This document shows, piece after piece, positions 51,204 through 64,000 of a DNA stretch of 64,000 bases. Positions within the stretch are counted from its first letter, which is position 1, and every line of letters begins with the position of its first letter. Both the position numbers and the translations under genes were made by a program. The DNA lies in the NCBI GenBank assembly GCA_016748015.1, contig JAAOMT010000128.1, positions 379,538-443,537 on the forward strand, written 5' to 3'. The notes beneath the pieces are model-generated. The model did no database searches, was not told the DNA's origin, and worked only from the letters and a program-made list of their open reading frames with translations. Source of the stretch: Geosiphon pyriformis uo1. Its lineage: Eukaryota > Fungi > Glomeromycota.

Positions 51204-54200
51204 TTAATCTTGTCTCATTCTTGAGAGGCTATCAATATTGGTATGTAGTTTTCTTGGTTTGTGGTGTATAATATATCTGTAGTCTGCTAGGAAATCATTC
51301 CATCGAGACTGTTTGGCACTTTGTTCAGTTTTTTTTTTATTGAGCCATTTGAGACCAATGTTGTCTGTTATTATGTCAAATTCTTTTCCATTCTTCAGAT
51401 ATTGTTGAAAATGTTTAAGAGCCCAAATGACTGCAGCAGCTTCTAATTCAATTGAGCCATATTTTAGTTCTGTTGGTTTGAGTGTTCTACTAGCATAAAT
51501 GATGACTTGTTTTTGTCCATTTTCATTTACTTGTGATAAGATGGCACCAAATGCTATGTGTAAAACATCAGTGGCTAATTGGAACCGTTTGTTGAAGTCT
51601 GGGTAAGCAAGAACTGGGACTGTTGTCAATTTTGTTTTGAGAGTTTCAAAAGCTTTTTGTTGTTCTTCAGTCCATTTGTATGGCACGTTTTTGTTGGTAA
51701 GATAATTAAGTGGTTTGGCAATTTCTGAAAATTTTTTTATGAATTTCCAATAGTAAGAGGCTAATCCTACAAATCCTCTTAGTTCTGTGATATTTCTGGA
51801 GGTTTGAAAGTTTTTGACAGCACTGATTGTTTCTGAATTTGGTTTGATTCTATCTTTACTAACTATGTGTTCAAGAAAGATCAAGCTTGTTTTTCCAAAG
51901 TGATATTTCTCAATGTTTAACTTTAATCCTGCTTTCTGTAATCATTGAAAAACTTCTTATAGATGAATAAGATGGGCTTCAAAGCTTGGTGAGTATACAT
52001 CAGTATCATTAAGATAAACAACTACTGATTGCCATAAAAGCCCTTCATATACAACATCCATGAGTTACTAAAATATTGCTGGTGTATTGCAGAGTCCAAA
52101 AGGCATAACATTGAACTCATAGTTTCTTTCTTGAGTAGTAAATGCTGTTTTGGGTCCATTTTGACTTGCCAGTATCCACTTTCCAAGTCTAAAGTTGAGA
52201 AAAACTTGGCTTTTCTTAGAGCATCTAGCATGTCATCAATTCTTAGAAGAGGGTAGACATCTTCAATTGTAACACTATTTAGTTGTCTATAATCAACACA
52301 AAATCTGATTTTTCCGTTTTTCTTTTTAACTAAAACTACTGGTGAGGCCCAAGGACTTCTTAATGGTTGAATCAATCCGTTATTGAGCATTCTTTGGACC
52401 TCTTTTCTGATGAATTGGTGGCTGGCAGGTGGCATTCGATAAGCTTGTTGACATTTTGGTGGAACATCTCCTGTATGGATCTGATGTTGAACAATGTCTG
52501 TTTTTCCCAAGTTATTGTTGTTTTTTGCAAATATATTTGCAAATTCAGCTATCAATTGTTTCAATTGTCTTTGTTGTTGAGGTTTTAAGGGACTCATGTT
52601 GATTCGAGAGAGTTTTTCTTCCAAAAAGTGGTAGTTTTCAGTAGTGGGAATGATATTTGGATTTGGAAGTAGGGTGTATCTTACAATTTCGATGAAATTA
52701 GAGACAATTTGAAGGTTTTCATCTTGAAAAATATTGCTGTGTATGATTCCAATCTCTAGTTTGTTTAATAAGACAATAGGATAATTATTGGGGTTGTAAA
52801 ATGTAACTCGAAATTTTTTCATTCCTTTGGGAATATAAACGTTTGGAATTGTGATTTCATGCTTCAAACAGATTTGTTTATTGGATTCAAAGATTTGTTG
52901 TGTAGTGGTGGGTTTTGAGCAAGTGTAAATTTCGTGATGTTCTCCAAAAAGTAAAATGGTAATTGGCTAGGAAAGTTGAAGAATCTGGTGAGATTCATTT
53001 TGTGTATTAAGAGCTATGTTTACTAGAACTGTAAATCGTCCAGTTGAACCAAAACCTTGAGTTCCTTTTTCACTTTTTCCCAATTGTTCTCTGTTGTTTA
53101 CTGATTGCAAACCCGAAATGTTAATTAAGGGTAAGTAAATTGTTTGAGCAATTTTTTCAGCATGTTCAATTTTGAATGGTTTGTCTGTCTTATTCTGTAA
53201 CATAATAATAATGTCTCCAGTATATCCTGCATCTATAACTTTTCCTCTAATATTGATTTCTTTGCTTGCCAATAATAATCTGGAAACAATTTGAACTATT
53301 GCTCCTGGTGGAATTTCAAGAGCAATTTTGATATTGATTTTTGTCAAGAACTTTGGTTGGAGAACCAAAGTATTTTTTCCTGGGTATCTTAGGTCATATC
53401 CAGCATCAATTTCGTGTGGTTTTTTTGGTCTGATTCCTTGGCCATGGTTGTCAAAATATTTAAATTGTAGAGGTGGTTGCTTTTCAAGAAGATAGATGGA
53501 AGTGGTTGGTAGTTCTTCTACTAGTTCAGATACTTCAAATTCGATTTCATTTTCATCATTTTCATCTGGCAGAGGAATGCTAAGAGCATAACATTCTAAA
53601 CACCTTGGTCATTACAAGGCATAACACATTCTTCACACAATTGAATGTTCATTTGCTTTAATTGTTGAATTTGAGCTTCTTTGGTCAGATATGTATGGCT
53701 TGCAATTTAGTGGTAGGTTTCTACTTCATTTTTATAATCAAATCTAGCTAATTCTATGATATACTTAATATATTCAGCTTCTTTCATTTGGCAGGCATCT
53801 TTTTGGGTGGCTCCATTGATCAATGTCATTGCTAGGTCAAAAATCATTTCAGCATCATGAAGGTAGTGGTAAAGTTTATTGAGAGCACTGTTATATGCTG
53901 CATTAAATGGTGTTCCTCTTCTGACTTTTTCCAAAATTGATAGAGCATATTAACAGGTCTGATCACATACTTCTCCTTTCATTGCTACATCAATCCAATT
54001 GCATTCTTCTGGTAGCATTTCTCTACAAGTAAGACAAAAAGTTTTGTTCCATTTTCCACTTCTCTTTGGGGATCCAAATCATTCTCTATGGCATGCCTTG
54101 CAGAAATAACAAGTGCGAGTTTTGTATTCCTCTTCTGGGGGAATACAGGCCCTCATAGATGAAAGCTTCTTTTTGCAATCTTTGCATTTTAGTGGAATGT

Positions 54201-56813
54201 ATGGTGGTTCTTTTTGTGGTTTTGGTGTGGAATATCTAACTTTCTTCCATCCTCTTGATTCTTCAAAAATCTCTTGTTCTGTTTTCTCAGCCCAATTGGA
54301 TGGTGATCCAAGAGCCATGTAGGTTTCAATGAGTGGCATTTCTTTCTCTTCTTTAAATTCAAATACTGGAGCTTTTTTTGATCATTTGTTAAAGATACTA
54401 CAGGTTGCAGGTACTATAGTATATTGTCCTTGGTATGAAATTTTAAGTTCTTAAGTTTCCCAGTTCAGGTTTGCATTGGTCTTAAAAAGCCAATTATTTC
54501 CGATTAGAGCTTGGTATTGGAGTGCATCCATAACAAAAACTTTAACTGGAATGGTGATTCCATCAATTGTAAAGGGGAAATCATCAATTTTTCCTACTGG
54601 AGTTTTCTTCATATTATCAGCTGTGACAATAACTGTTTGAGCTGGTTTGTCTACATTTTGTTTGAGTTGTTGCATCAGCTGATAAGTGATGATACTTCTA
54701 ACCAATCCACTATCTAAGATTAAGTGAATGGGTTTTCCTTCTACTGTAGCTTCTGTGTACATAGCAGTAATTGCTTTCTGTTTATTGACTGCTGCATTAC
54801 TAAGCAGAAATGGTGATTCATTTGCTTCAAATTCAAATGGAAATATATCTGACAGATTGGCATTTTGGACAATTTGAACTGGTGGAATGGTGTGATTGGA
54901 AGGGTTTGATCTTGGTGCTGCAACTTCACCTTCAGAAAGTGCAGTTTGTTGAAAATCCGATTTCTTTGGTATTGTAAGATAACTGGGTTGAGTGTAATAG
55001 TGATTGGGTCTTTGCTGACCAGAATTTTGGGGAACCAACTGGTTATTTGGATTGATTTTGTTGTTGTTACTCTGCAATTGATTTTGGGGTATGAATTGGT
55101 TATGTTGAACCAATCTTTTTGCTGATACTTGATATTGTTGAATGAGTGATGTCTAATATGGCTGAATTGGTAAAGATTGCTAATATTGTTGCTGCATTGG
55201 TTGTGGAGCTGGTGAATAGTAACTGTTTTGATTTTGTGGTCTTGGTTAATAATAGATTGGTAGTATAGATTGGTAATAAGATTGTTGTGGTGAAAAGTAA
55301 TGTTGATTACTCCTGTTTTGTTGGTCTCTTTGTAATTTCCTACAATCTCGTTTCCAGTGTCTTAGAATTCCACAATAATAACAATTTTGAGGTTGGTTGT
55401 TAGATGGTGATCCAAAATTGTTTTGGTTGCATCGTTGTGGGGGTTGATATCTTTGTGGTTGTTGTTACTGTTGTTGTTGGTTTGTGAAGTAGCTTTCAAC
55501 TTTTTTTGTGAATTGGTCTATCTTCTTTTCAGCTGCTGAGCTGGTTTCTCCAATTGCAAGGTTTACAAGCTTGGTGTGATTTGCTTCTTCCATTGCCATT
55601 TCATAGCTTTTTGTATGTTTAATAGCAGTTGCTAAGTCTGCTGAAGTATGTGAACAGACTTTCTTAATTAGTTTGTCTTTTAATCTTGCTATAAACTGAT
55701 TCAGAATATGAGCATCAGAATAGTAGTTATTGGTTTCCAATTGTCAGATTCATCTGAGAAGTTTGTTAAATCTTCCAAGATAGATCATAACAGTTTCAGA
55801 TGTTTCTTGTTTGATATTGCAAAAGTGGTTTCTGAGAGTGATAGAGGTATTGTTGTCAGTGAATTGTTGTAGAAAAGCATCTTTGAATGCTTGCCAGTTC
55901 TCAAATGGTTCTTCTAAATTTTCAAACCATTTTTCTGCTGTTCTTTGGAGAAAGTAGGGAATTGCTTTGAACATTCTTGCTGCAATCCAACCATTTGCAT
56001 CTTCTGCTTTTTGAACTTTGTCAAGTCATTCTTGAGAACTGGTATCATTGTCTTCACCAGTAAATTCTGGGATTTTTGCAATGTAAGCAGTTACCATTTC
56101 TTCTTTGTTTTCTGTAATTTCTTCTGGTTCTGATTCAGTTTCTTCACTTTTCAAGCTTTCTGAATGATTACTTTCATTTTTCTGTAAGTAATCAATGATA
56201 TTGGCATTTGTTGATATTGGTTCCTGCTGTTGAGTAGAGTTTCTAGGTGACTGAAAATCTTCTGGTCTGGAGAAGTGGTTGAGTAGTGAATTTGATGTTT
56301 GTGGTTGAACAAGTGAAATTGGAAATGGTGTAATAGAAAGTGGTAATTTGACACTGGTTCCTTGTTCAGGTGTTTGCAAGTGTTTGGTAGTTGTCTTTTG
56401 TAGTGTTGGAGTGTTTGGAGTGGTTCTTGAGTATTGCTTCAATCTTTGTTTGTCTTTGTTGCTTGTTTCTGTCTTTGATTCAAAGTCAATAGAGTATTGA
56501 GACTGTACTGGGTATTTTCTTCACAATACTCAATAATGTTAAAATTAAGTTCTTGGAAGTAGGTAGCAAGTGTTTCACTGTTCAGGTCTTCTGTTTCCAA
56601 TCGTGAATAGTGCACTAAATTATTGTAAAGATTGCTTCTGACTTCTGAAATGTTATAGTTTCCAAAAAGATAATTGTTGATGCGGTTTTTAATGTATTGG
56701 TATACTGATTTCTTGACAACTTTAATTCCATCTGAAATGTTGAATTTTTGCTTGCAGTGGGTGTAAATTGACTGATAATACTCTAGAGTTGCTGTGTCTG
56801 GTGTGGTCACCAC
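51204..56813 (-). pseudogene. G gag-PR-Cys-rich-dUTPase (about 53465-53040)-RT-RH
   Basis: ORF fragments closely matching A: LILDSG, IDAGYTGDI, GTQGFGSTG; ends LSRMRQD-stop. Confidence 0.9.
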
Positions 56814-56858
56814 TTTGAATTTGTTGTTGCTGTGTTATTTCTATGGAAGAGCACTAAA

Positions 56859-57880
56859 TGTTACCAGAGGTTTTTGGTCTCTTTTCTTGAATGTTGTAAC
56901 TGTCTGTTGGTTGCAAATTCACGTTTTCTAGAAGTAGTTGAACCTCCAATAACTGAATTTATCTTCAAATTATTTTCTATAATTTGAACTGCTGGGCTTA
57001 TAAGTGGAATGACCAATTTCTTGCCAGTTATTTTATGTAGTTATATTGTAGTAAATGTCAACTTTTTCCCAGGAATTGCTCATCTGGAAGCTCACTAAAA
57101 AATGTGTAGTTACTTTGCTGTGAAAGTCAACTCTTCTACAGGAATCTCGTCTGTAGACTACCCTAATAATTGTAATAAAAAAAAAAAGAAAAATAAAAGA
57201 AATGTAAAAGAAATAGGATTTTATCCAGAGAAACGTTTTCTATCCAGGCCTGGAATTACTAACAGATTACTGAAATTGGTAGCTAATCAATTTCAAAATG
57301 TTAGTTGTGTTGAGGGAATTTCAAGTGTAATAATTTTAAGGATTTGGTTTTCAAATATTTTAATTTTTATTTGATTTTGTAAAAGGTAATTTGTTTCAAT
57401 TAAGATATTTGAAGTAAGTTACTGTGGTAAGATACATTTTCTTGAAGAGAAAAGCTCTTCTTTTATACAACTTGTTGTAGTACTAGTCTATGAACTTGCA
57501 CTTTTTCTTTTTGCTCAAATTTTGGCAAACTAAAGATACATTTTGATGAACTACAAGTTATTTCGCTGAACTATTGATTAATTTGGGTGAATTATTCATA
57601 ATTTCGGCGAATTTCTATAAATTTCGGCGAATTTCTTATAAATTTCGGCGAATTTCTGTAAATTTCGGCAAATTTTAGAATGTTACAAAGTTCAGGATAT
57701 TGTGTAATTTGATCATCTTACTTTCTGTTATACTAATTGGATTATTTAATTAAATCGTAATATGTGATAATTGATTAAATAATAAATGATAATTTGAAAT
57801 AATATTAATATACTAATTAATTATAGGAATTATAAGGGTAATTTTCCTGCTAATTAATAGCTAAAATTCTATTGGTAACA
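56859..57880 (-). repeat. G 5' LTR
   Basis: Repeat of 48142-49164; ATTTCGGCGA array at 57601-57670. Confidence 0.93.
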
Positions 57881-57947
57881 CCATTATATAAAAGACTCCA
57901 CAACAAAACCTTCAAATCAACCAAAACCTTTAGAAACAACACCATTA

Positions 57948-58786
57948 CAGTAAACTCTCTTTATAATCACACCTTTTGGTCAACACATTTGTGGTGATTA
58001 TAGAGAGATGAGATTATAAAAAATGATTAATATCTTATCACATGATCTATATATCACATGCATAATATAATAACCAATTATATATATTTTATTTAAAAAA
58101 GCTATCTATTTACAACTGTTTTTTTTCTTTTTGAACTTTGAGAACAGTATTACGAATTAATGTTTTCAAAGTTTTAAAAAAGTCTGAATCAACTTTTTTA
58201 TTATACTGCTTTTCACAATAGCACAATGTATCTTTAAGTGCAGTTTTATCTTAATATATAGATAGTAAAGGCAAAGGTTCATCTTTATTTTCACTTTCTA
58301 AATCTTCATTTGCATTAGAATTTCCACTATACTTGTTGTTAATAAGATCCACAATTTTATTCTCTGAGGCATAAGTGAATAATAGTTCAAACTTGTTAAT
58401 ATTAATAAAGTCTATTGCCAATAGCTTGTCAATATCAATATGTTTAATAAGAACTTGTACTTCTTATAAGAGTTTTTGTTTAATATTTAATAGATGGGCT
58501 GGCATTTGACTATTATTCAGAATTTTCATATAACACCAACAGTTTTGAATTGTAGTTGTTGTTACTGCTGACCACACATCAATTAGAAAGTCAACCACAT
58601 CCTTTAATATTACTGTTGATATTAGAATCTTGTCATCATACTGATTAATAAGATGGAAAAGAAACAACTTTTGGTATTGTATCTTAAAAAATACAATAAT
58701 TCTTGTATCTAATGATTGCAAATAGAATGTTGTATTGGATGGTAGGTATCTAATCATAATATTAGATAATATGAAAAATTCTCTAC
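57948..58786 (-). mobile_element. pogo/Tigger-like Tc1-mariner DNA transposon, 3' part with a DDE_1 transposase remnant
   Basis: TA followed by CAGTAAACTCTC terminus, with an inverted subterminal copy at 57991-58007; ORF 58464-58757 has LPSNTT--LQSLD--II and W--VT--TIQNCW. Confidence 0.8.
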
Positions 58787-59438
58787 TGTTATGATTGAAA
58801 CTTATACTTCTTATTAATTATCACATGTATTAGCCATTGATGTTATATAAATTAGCCACTTTATTTTTAGATAGTGATCATTAACCTAGTCGTTAACCTG
58901 ATCATTGACCACTTTTGACAACTATATAAGCAATGAAGCTCTTAGCTGTAGAAAAGCATGTTTAAAATAATCAAAAATAAATAAAATAACAACTTTCATC
59001 TTAATCATTCTCTTATCACTAATTTTCCTTTTTCTACCTTTAAGTATCCAAACATCTTAGGATAAAAGATTACTTGTTGGTTAATTTTTACTCTTTTCCT
59101 GAAATGTATAAGTGTAGCATTTAAAGATTATTAAATAAAATGTAACTGAAAAGCACATCTGATACTTGATATTGAATTCTAAAAGTGTCAATGTAAGGCA
59201 TAAAATTATACCAAGTGTGATTATTTGTTGACAGTATGGACTATTTTTTTACCTTTAGATTCCCCAATTATCTTTTAAAAAGAATAACAACTGAAATATT
59301 TTATGAGACTAATCTCGCATATTGAATTCATACTTATTTAATTCACTCTTTGAAGTTGAATTTCCTTTGATTATTTCTATTATCCTACAATTCTGTTCTC
59401 CCTTGCTATCTATTAGTTTGTTACTCCAACCCATAACA
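58787..59438 (+). repeat. H 5' LTR
   Basis: TGTTA...TAACA; related to the reverse complement of the B LTRs. Confidence 0.88.
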
Positions 59439-62400
59439 TAAAAGTGGTGCTCTCTGTGAGGTTGTCAAAATCCACTTTGTTTTCTATTGTATAGATGATT
59501 ATTCATACCTGCCACAACAATCAGAAGAACACTTTAAAGCACATAACAAAAACGATCTAGACTTTATTGAACTCAATTCTTTGCTCTCCTGCTTGATTTG
59601 CTTCTCTATTGAAGATCAATCTAGTAGACAATTCCAAGATTTTTGGAACTGGTTTCTAAACAAGCATTTAGCTAAAACCTACACAGCCTATACAATTTAT
59701 TACTTTGATCAATTTTAAAGACAACTTTGAAGAAAGAAACAACAGCATCAATCAACTTTTATACTCTACAACCTTTGAACAACAGCCCCCTGATTCTGAA
59801 TATCTGAATCATCAAATCCACATTTGGATTGCTGTTCATTAAGCAACTGAAACTTCCTTTGAAACAGAAGAAGAAAGCTACCAAACTGTTCCTGTTTTTA
59901 ACTTTTTATCAAACAAATCAGACTTATCTACACAAACAGTTACCTCTAAACCAATGGTTAATGACCTTATGCAAGCAAACATTCTGGCTGCCCTCCAAGA
60001 TATACAAACTGCCTTAGGAAAAAGAAACAAATACTCCATTACTACTATTTAGAAATAATGTACAAGATCCAATTAAATAGTTAAATAATTTTGAGAGAGC
60101 TGCTACAGCCAACCAGTATAATAAAGAATACAAGTTTCAAATCATCAGTGGCTATCTTCAAGGCTCTCTTGTTACCTGGTTCTTACAAGAAACAGATGCC
60201 AATGCTTAATACCAAATAATCAGATGGACACCAACCAATGCTAGAGAAGAAAATACCTCTTTTACTACCCAGTTTGAGACCAAGTTCAGAACCCCAATAT
60301 TAATATTCAAATGGCACAGGAAATTGGAAAAAAAAACCCCAAAGCCTTGGAGAAGTAATGACTGAATATGCCAAAGCTATCAGAAACCTAATCAAACATG
60401 TAAACTTCAGAAGAAACTGGACAGAAGAGCAAAAGATCTATTTTTTCACAAAAGGATTAAGAACTGATCTATTGTATACTCTTTGGCCTCTCTTGGCTTT
60501 AAAAAACAATCCAACAATGGACATGGCTATTGAACTGGCACAAAAAATTGAAGATAACCAAAGGATGCATTTGGGATTTACACTTCTAGTTTTTGCTTCT
60601 ACTCCTGCCATGGCTTTTACAAATGGCTATTGCCTCTTTTGCTGCCTAAAATCAAGATCCAAATAAACAGTTAATAGATAGACTTACAGCTAATCTTGCC
60701 TGGTTACTGGAATTTTTAGCCCAAGCTGTCAGAGAGAATCAACAACCTTAAAAACCCAGATTTGAATCCTGTTTTAATCAACCCCAGCAACCCCCATATT
60801 AAAGACAACAAAATCATGGCCCACTTGTGTGTTACTGCTGTGGATTAACTAAACATTTTTCCAGAGATTGTAACAATTTTCTTCTGTCTCTTCCAGTTCT
60901 GAGAAACAATGACAATTAAAACAACAGAACCATTAACAACAATGTCTTCAATCAAAGACCCAATCATGCTAACATCAATTTCTTTGGAGAGGATCCCTTA
61001 GTTAAAGCCACTGTTTATTAGTCTTTAAATTAGTAAGCACACCTCCAAAGAGTGAGAGTGCAAGCCAATTAAAAGAAAACCTTTTTTATGCTTTTAACCT
61101 AACTGATGATGACCATAATATGGATAAATTAGCAATTAACACCTCTGAATCAACCAGAAAGAAGAAGAAAGCCAAGGTTAATTTCATCTTGGACCCAAAC
61201 AAAGCATCCAAATCATCTGCTGAGAACAATGAGCCACCAAAAGCCAAAGTTTTCAAGAATTTTCTAAAGTTGAAACTCCCAGAAATAGTACAAAAATATG
61301 GTCTTTATTCTGTTGTTAAAGATCTCCTAGAAACCCCAGTATACATCACATTTGGCCAACTAATGACCCACTCACAGTTTAGAAAAAATCTTCATAAATC
61401 ATTAATACCCAAGAAAAAGACACCAAAAACCAACAAACACCTATGTTAAGCTAGACTTGTTGACAACAGCAATATTACCCCTCTCATTTGTAAAGCCCAA
61501 GTGGCTGGTTATTTCATTGATCTGATCTTGGACAGTGGATCATCTGTTAGCATTATTGCCAAACACTTTTTAGAAGCAATTGGCAGAAAGATTGATGAAC
61601 TATCCACAAGACCAATAACCAATGTACATAGTGACAAGAAAAAAAGTCTGGGCATAGCCAAAGCTGTTTCTGTTTGAATCAATGACATCAGCATTAAAAC
61701 TGACATGGAAGTATTTAAAGCCAAAGAATACACCATAATAGTTGGCAATAAATAGCTTAAGAAAGCAAAAGCTTTGCTTGATTATGAACTCTGTGAATTG
61801 ACCATCAGATGTAGTAAAAAACCTATTGTGATTAAATACCATTATTGGACAACCCCTCCAGTACTCAAACAAAACCAAGAAAAAGAACAATCAGATGAGT
61901 CAGATGATAATAAAAGCAATAAAAAAGAAGATCAAAAAAAACAAGAAAAAACTGCTAAACTCGCTTATACTATCTTTATCAGCAATAGCAAACCACTGAA
62001 CAATGTTAAAGCTGACAAAGAAAAAATTATGGTAAATGACAAGCTGATCTGCTGGCTCTACTATGATATCCTCAGAAGAACCTTTGACAGAAAACCTGAC
62101 AAGAAAGCCAAATACAGCTATTGATGACATGATTCTTGTACCAGATGCTGGTGTAATAAATCTTTGTATTCCTCTAGTGATGAATGCAAGTCCTGCCTAA
62201 TCTATTACAAAGATTGGAAGCCAATTAGTTTAATACCCAGAAAAAAACTAAAAGAAGTACAGAAATCCTTTGAGAGTGAACTACCTGAAATTCAATCCCT
62301 AGTTGTAGAACAAAGAGAACCTTTTCCTGAAGAAAGAAAAGTGGACATTGAAAATCTGTTGGCTAGAAATAGCCCAGTTATTTTAAAAGAAGGTGACACC

Positions 62401-63620
62401 TTTGAACGAACTCATGTGATACAACACATCATTACCACAAAAGAAACTCGTTCTATCTATTTGAAGCCTTATTAATCCAATTGATACAATGATGAGTTTA
62501 TCAAGAAAGAAATAAACAGGATAAAAGATCTTGGATTCATACAGGAAACCAAGAGTAAATAGGCTTTCCCAGTTGTAGTGGTATCCAAGAAAGATGGAAC
62601 CCTATGTTTCTGTATTGACTATTACCAATTAAATGCCATTACTATAAGAGACATGTACTCACTCCCCAAAATTGATGCAATACTAGATAAATTCAATAGT
62701 GCTGATTTCTTCTCAATTATTAATTTAACTGCTAGATTCTGGCAAGTAGAGATGGATCTAGAAAACAGAAAGAAAACTGCTTTTATCACCAAGTATGGCA
62801 CCTATAAATTCACAGTTATGCTTTTTGGTCTCACCAATGCTCCTTCTACCTTTTAATGCCTAATGGATAAAGTGTTTGAATCAGTAAAAAAAAACTTTGT
62901 TTTGGTTTACTTGGACGACATAATGGTATATTCAAAAACCTGGAATGAATATCTTGAACATTTACAGAAGATTTATGATCTGCCCAGAAATGCTGGCCTT
63001 AAGATCAACTCAATCAAATCTTTTTTTAGATGCCAATCCACTCAGTTCCTTGGTTATTTTATTATAAAAGATAGAATCTTCTCTGATTCAGCTAAAGTTG
63101 AAAAAGTTCAGAACATTAGACAACTAATAAATGTTTCTGACTATACTTTTTTCTTGGTTTGGCCTCTTACTATTGCAAATTTATTAAAGATTTCTCTAAA
63201 ATTGCCTTTTTTCTCAATTAGCTACTCAGAAAAAATGTCAATTATCACTGGAGAACTCATCAACAAAAAGCTTTTGAAATTCTGAAGGAAAAACTTGTTA
63301 CTAAACCAATTCTCAAGCAACCTAATCTGGACCAATCTTTTATCCTTTACACTGATACATCTGGTTATAAACTTGGTGCTGTCCTTTCACAGAAAGATGA
63401 AAATGGCAGAGAACATGTTATAGCATATGCCAGTAGATCCCTTATACCAGCAGAAAAAAACTATTCAGTTACTAAACAAAAATGTCTAGCAATAGTTTGG
63501 GCTACTAGCTACTGGGATCAATATCTTCTTGGTACAAAATTCTTAGTGGTAACAGATTATCAAGCCTTGGTTTGACTGCACAATAAAAAAAAGCTGAAAC
63601 ATAAATGAATAACTTGCTAG
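58787..63620 (+). mobile_element. Ty3/Gypsy LTR retrotransposon H (B family), 5' part, interrupted in RNase H by I
   Basis: LTR 58787-59438, PBS 59445-59463; gag and pol fragments match B; decayed slippery site TTTAAAT at 61024-61030. Confidence 0.9.
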
Positions 63621-64000
63621 TGTTACTCATAAAAAAAAACAGATATAGAAAATAGTAGACCAATAAGAAAATAGTATTTAGCACATGAGCACATTGCTCA
63701 GCAATGTAGAGCAATGTGGAGCAATATCAGAAAGCATGATATATTGCTTAATAATATGGAGTGATGTTAAAAAATTAGGGCACATTGTTTAGCAATGTGA
63801 ACATTGCTCAAGAAATCATAGCACATTGTTCGGGAATGTGAGCAATCTCATAGAACATCAATTATGTATATATAGTGGTAGTATTAGAAGTAGAAAGAGC
63901 AGAATTTTTAGTTAGAAATCTTCCATCCACAAATATTAAATAAATAAATTATCTACTATTCAAATCCATTTTCCACTATTAATACTTTATGTTGATAGTA
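63621..64000 (+). mobile_element. LTR I (F family), cut by the window edge
   Basis: TGTTACTCATAAAA start matches 47455 onward; GCACATTGCT/AGCAATGT repeats; TATATA at 63868. Confidence 0.8.

Larger units (their letters stand above)
48142..57880 (-). mobile_element. Ty3/Gypsy LTR retrotransposon G (A family), full length
   Basis: LTRs 48142-49164 and 56859-57880; perfect CCAT duplication; PBS 56858-56841; PPT 49165-49180. Confidence 0.93.
47455..57947 (+). mobile_element. LTR F (distantly related to the C LTR), pieces 47455-48141 and 57881-57947, split by G and cut by the pogo element
   Basis: Start matches LTR I at 63621; the joined CCATTGAATC-TGT-CATTAT segment matches C at 20476-20500. Confidence 0.75.

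Noticed and set aside
47455-64000. F and I as the paired LTRs of one element
   Set aside because: I interrupts the RNase H of H, which is itself nested inside F. F is still incomplete at 57947, and the two copies differ in repeat number.

Overview
This window is eukaryotic, AT-rich and almost entirely made of decayed transposons; I found no host gene. The repeat content resembles Glomeromycotina fungi such as Geosiphon (inference only). It resolves into nine nested Ty3/Gypsy-type LTR insertions from about five families: E, D, A, B, C, G, H, plus LTR-only pieces F and I. Their termini are TGTTA...TAACA and the duplications are 4 bp wherever both flanks are visible. They sit on a decayed non-LTR RT remnant, and there is also a pogo-type DNA transposon fragment. 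Nest 1: E(-) contains D(+); D contains A(+), which contains B(-); D also contains C(+). Nest 2: the LINE contains the F LTR; F contains G(-) and the pogo fragment; pogo contains H(+), which contains I. All reading frames are broken by C>T/G>A changes. The families share an unusual layout. (1) Pol stops right after RNase H, and integrase is a separate ORF with its own start codon after a short spacer. (2) A conserved non-env ORF3 of unknown function lies between integrase and the PPT. (3) A multi-CxxC domain and a dUTPase lie between protease and RT (no dUTPase in B/H). (4) A -1 frameshift cassette is canonical in B/H, but in A/G/D/E the -1 frame hits a stop. (5) U5 carries extra boxes complementary to elongator tRNA-Met and an anti-PBS hairpin. 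(6) Integrase has no chromodomain and ends in a conserved P-x-[VI]-x-I motif. Internal domain boundaries are approximate; LTR ends, duplications and stop/start positions were read directly from the sequence.
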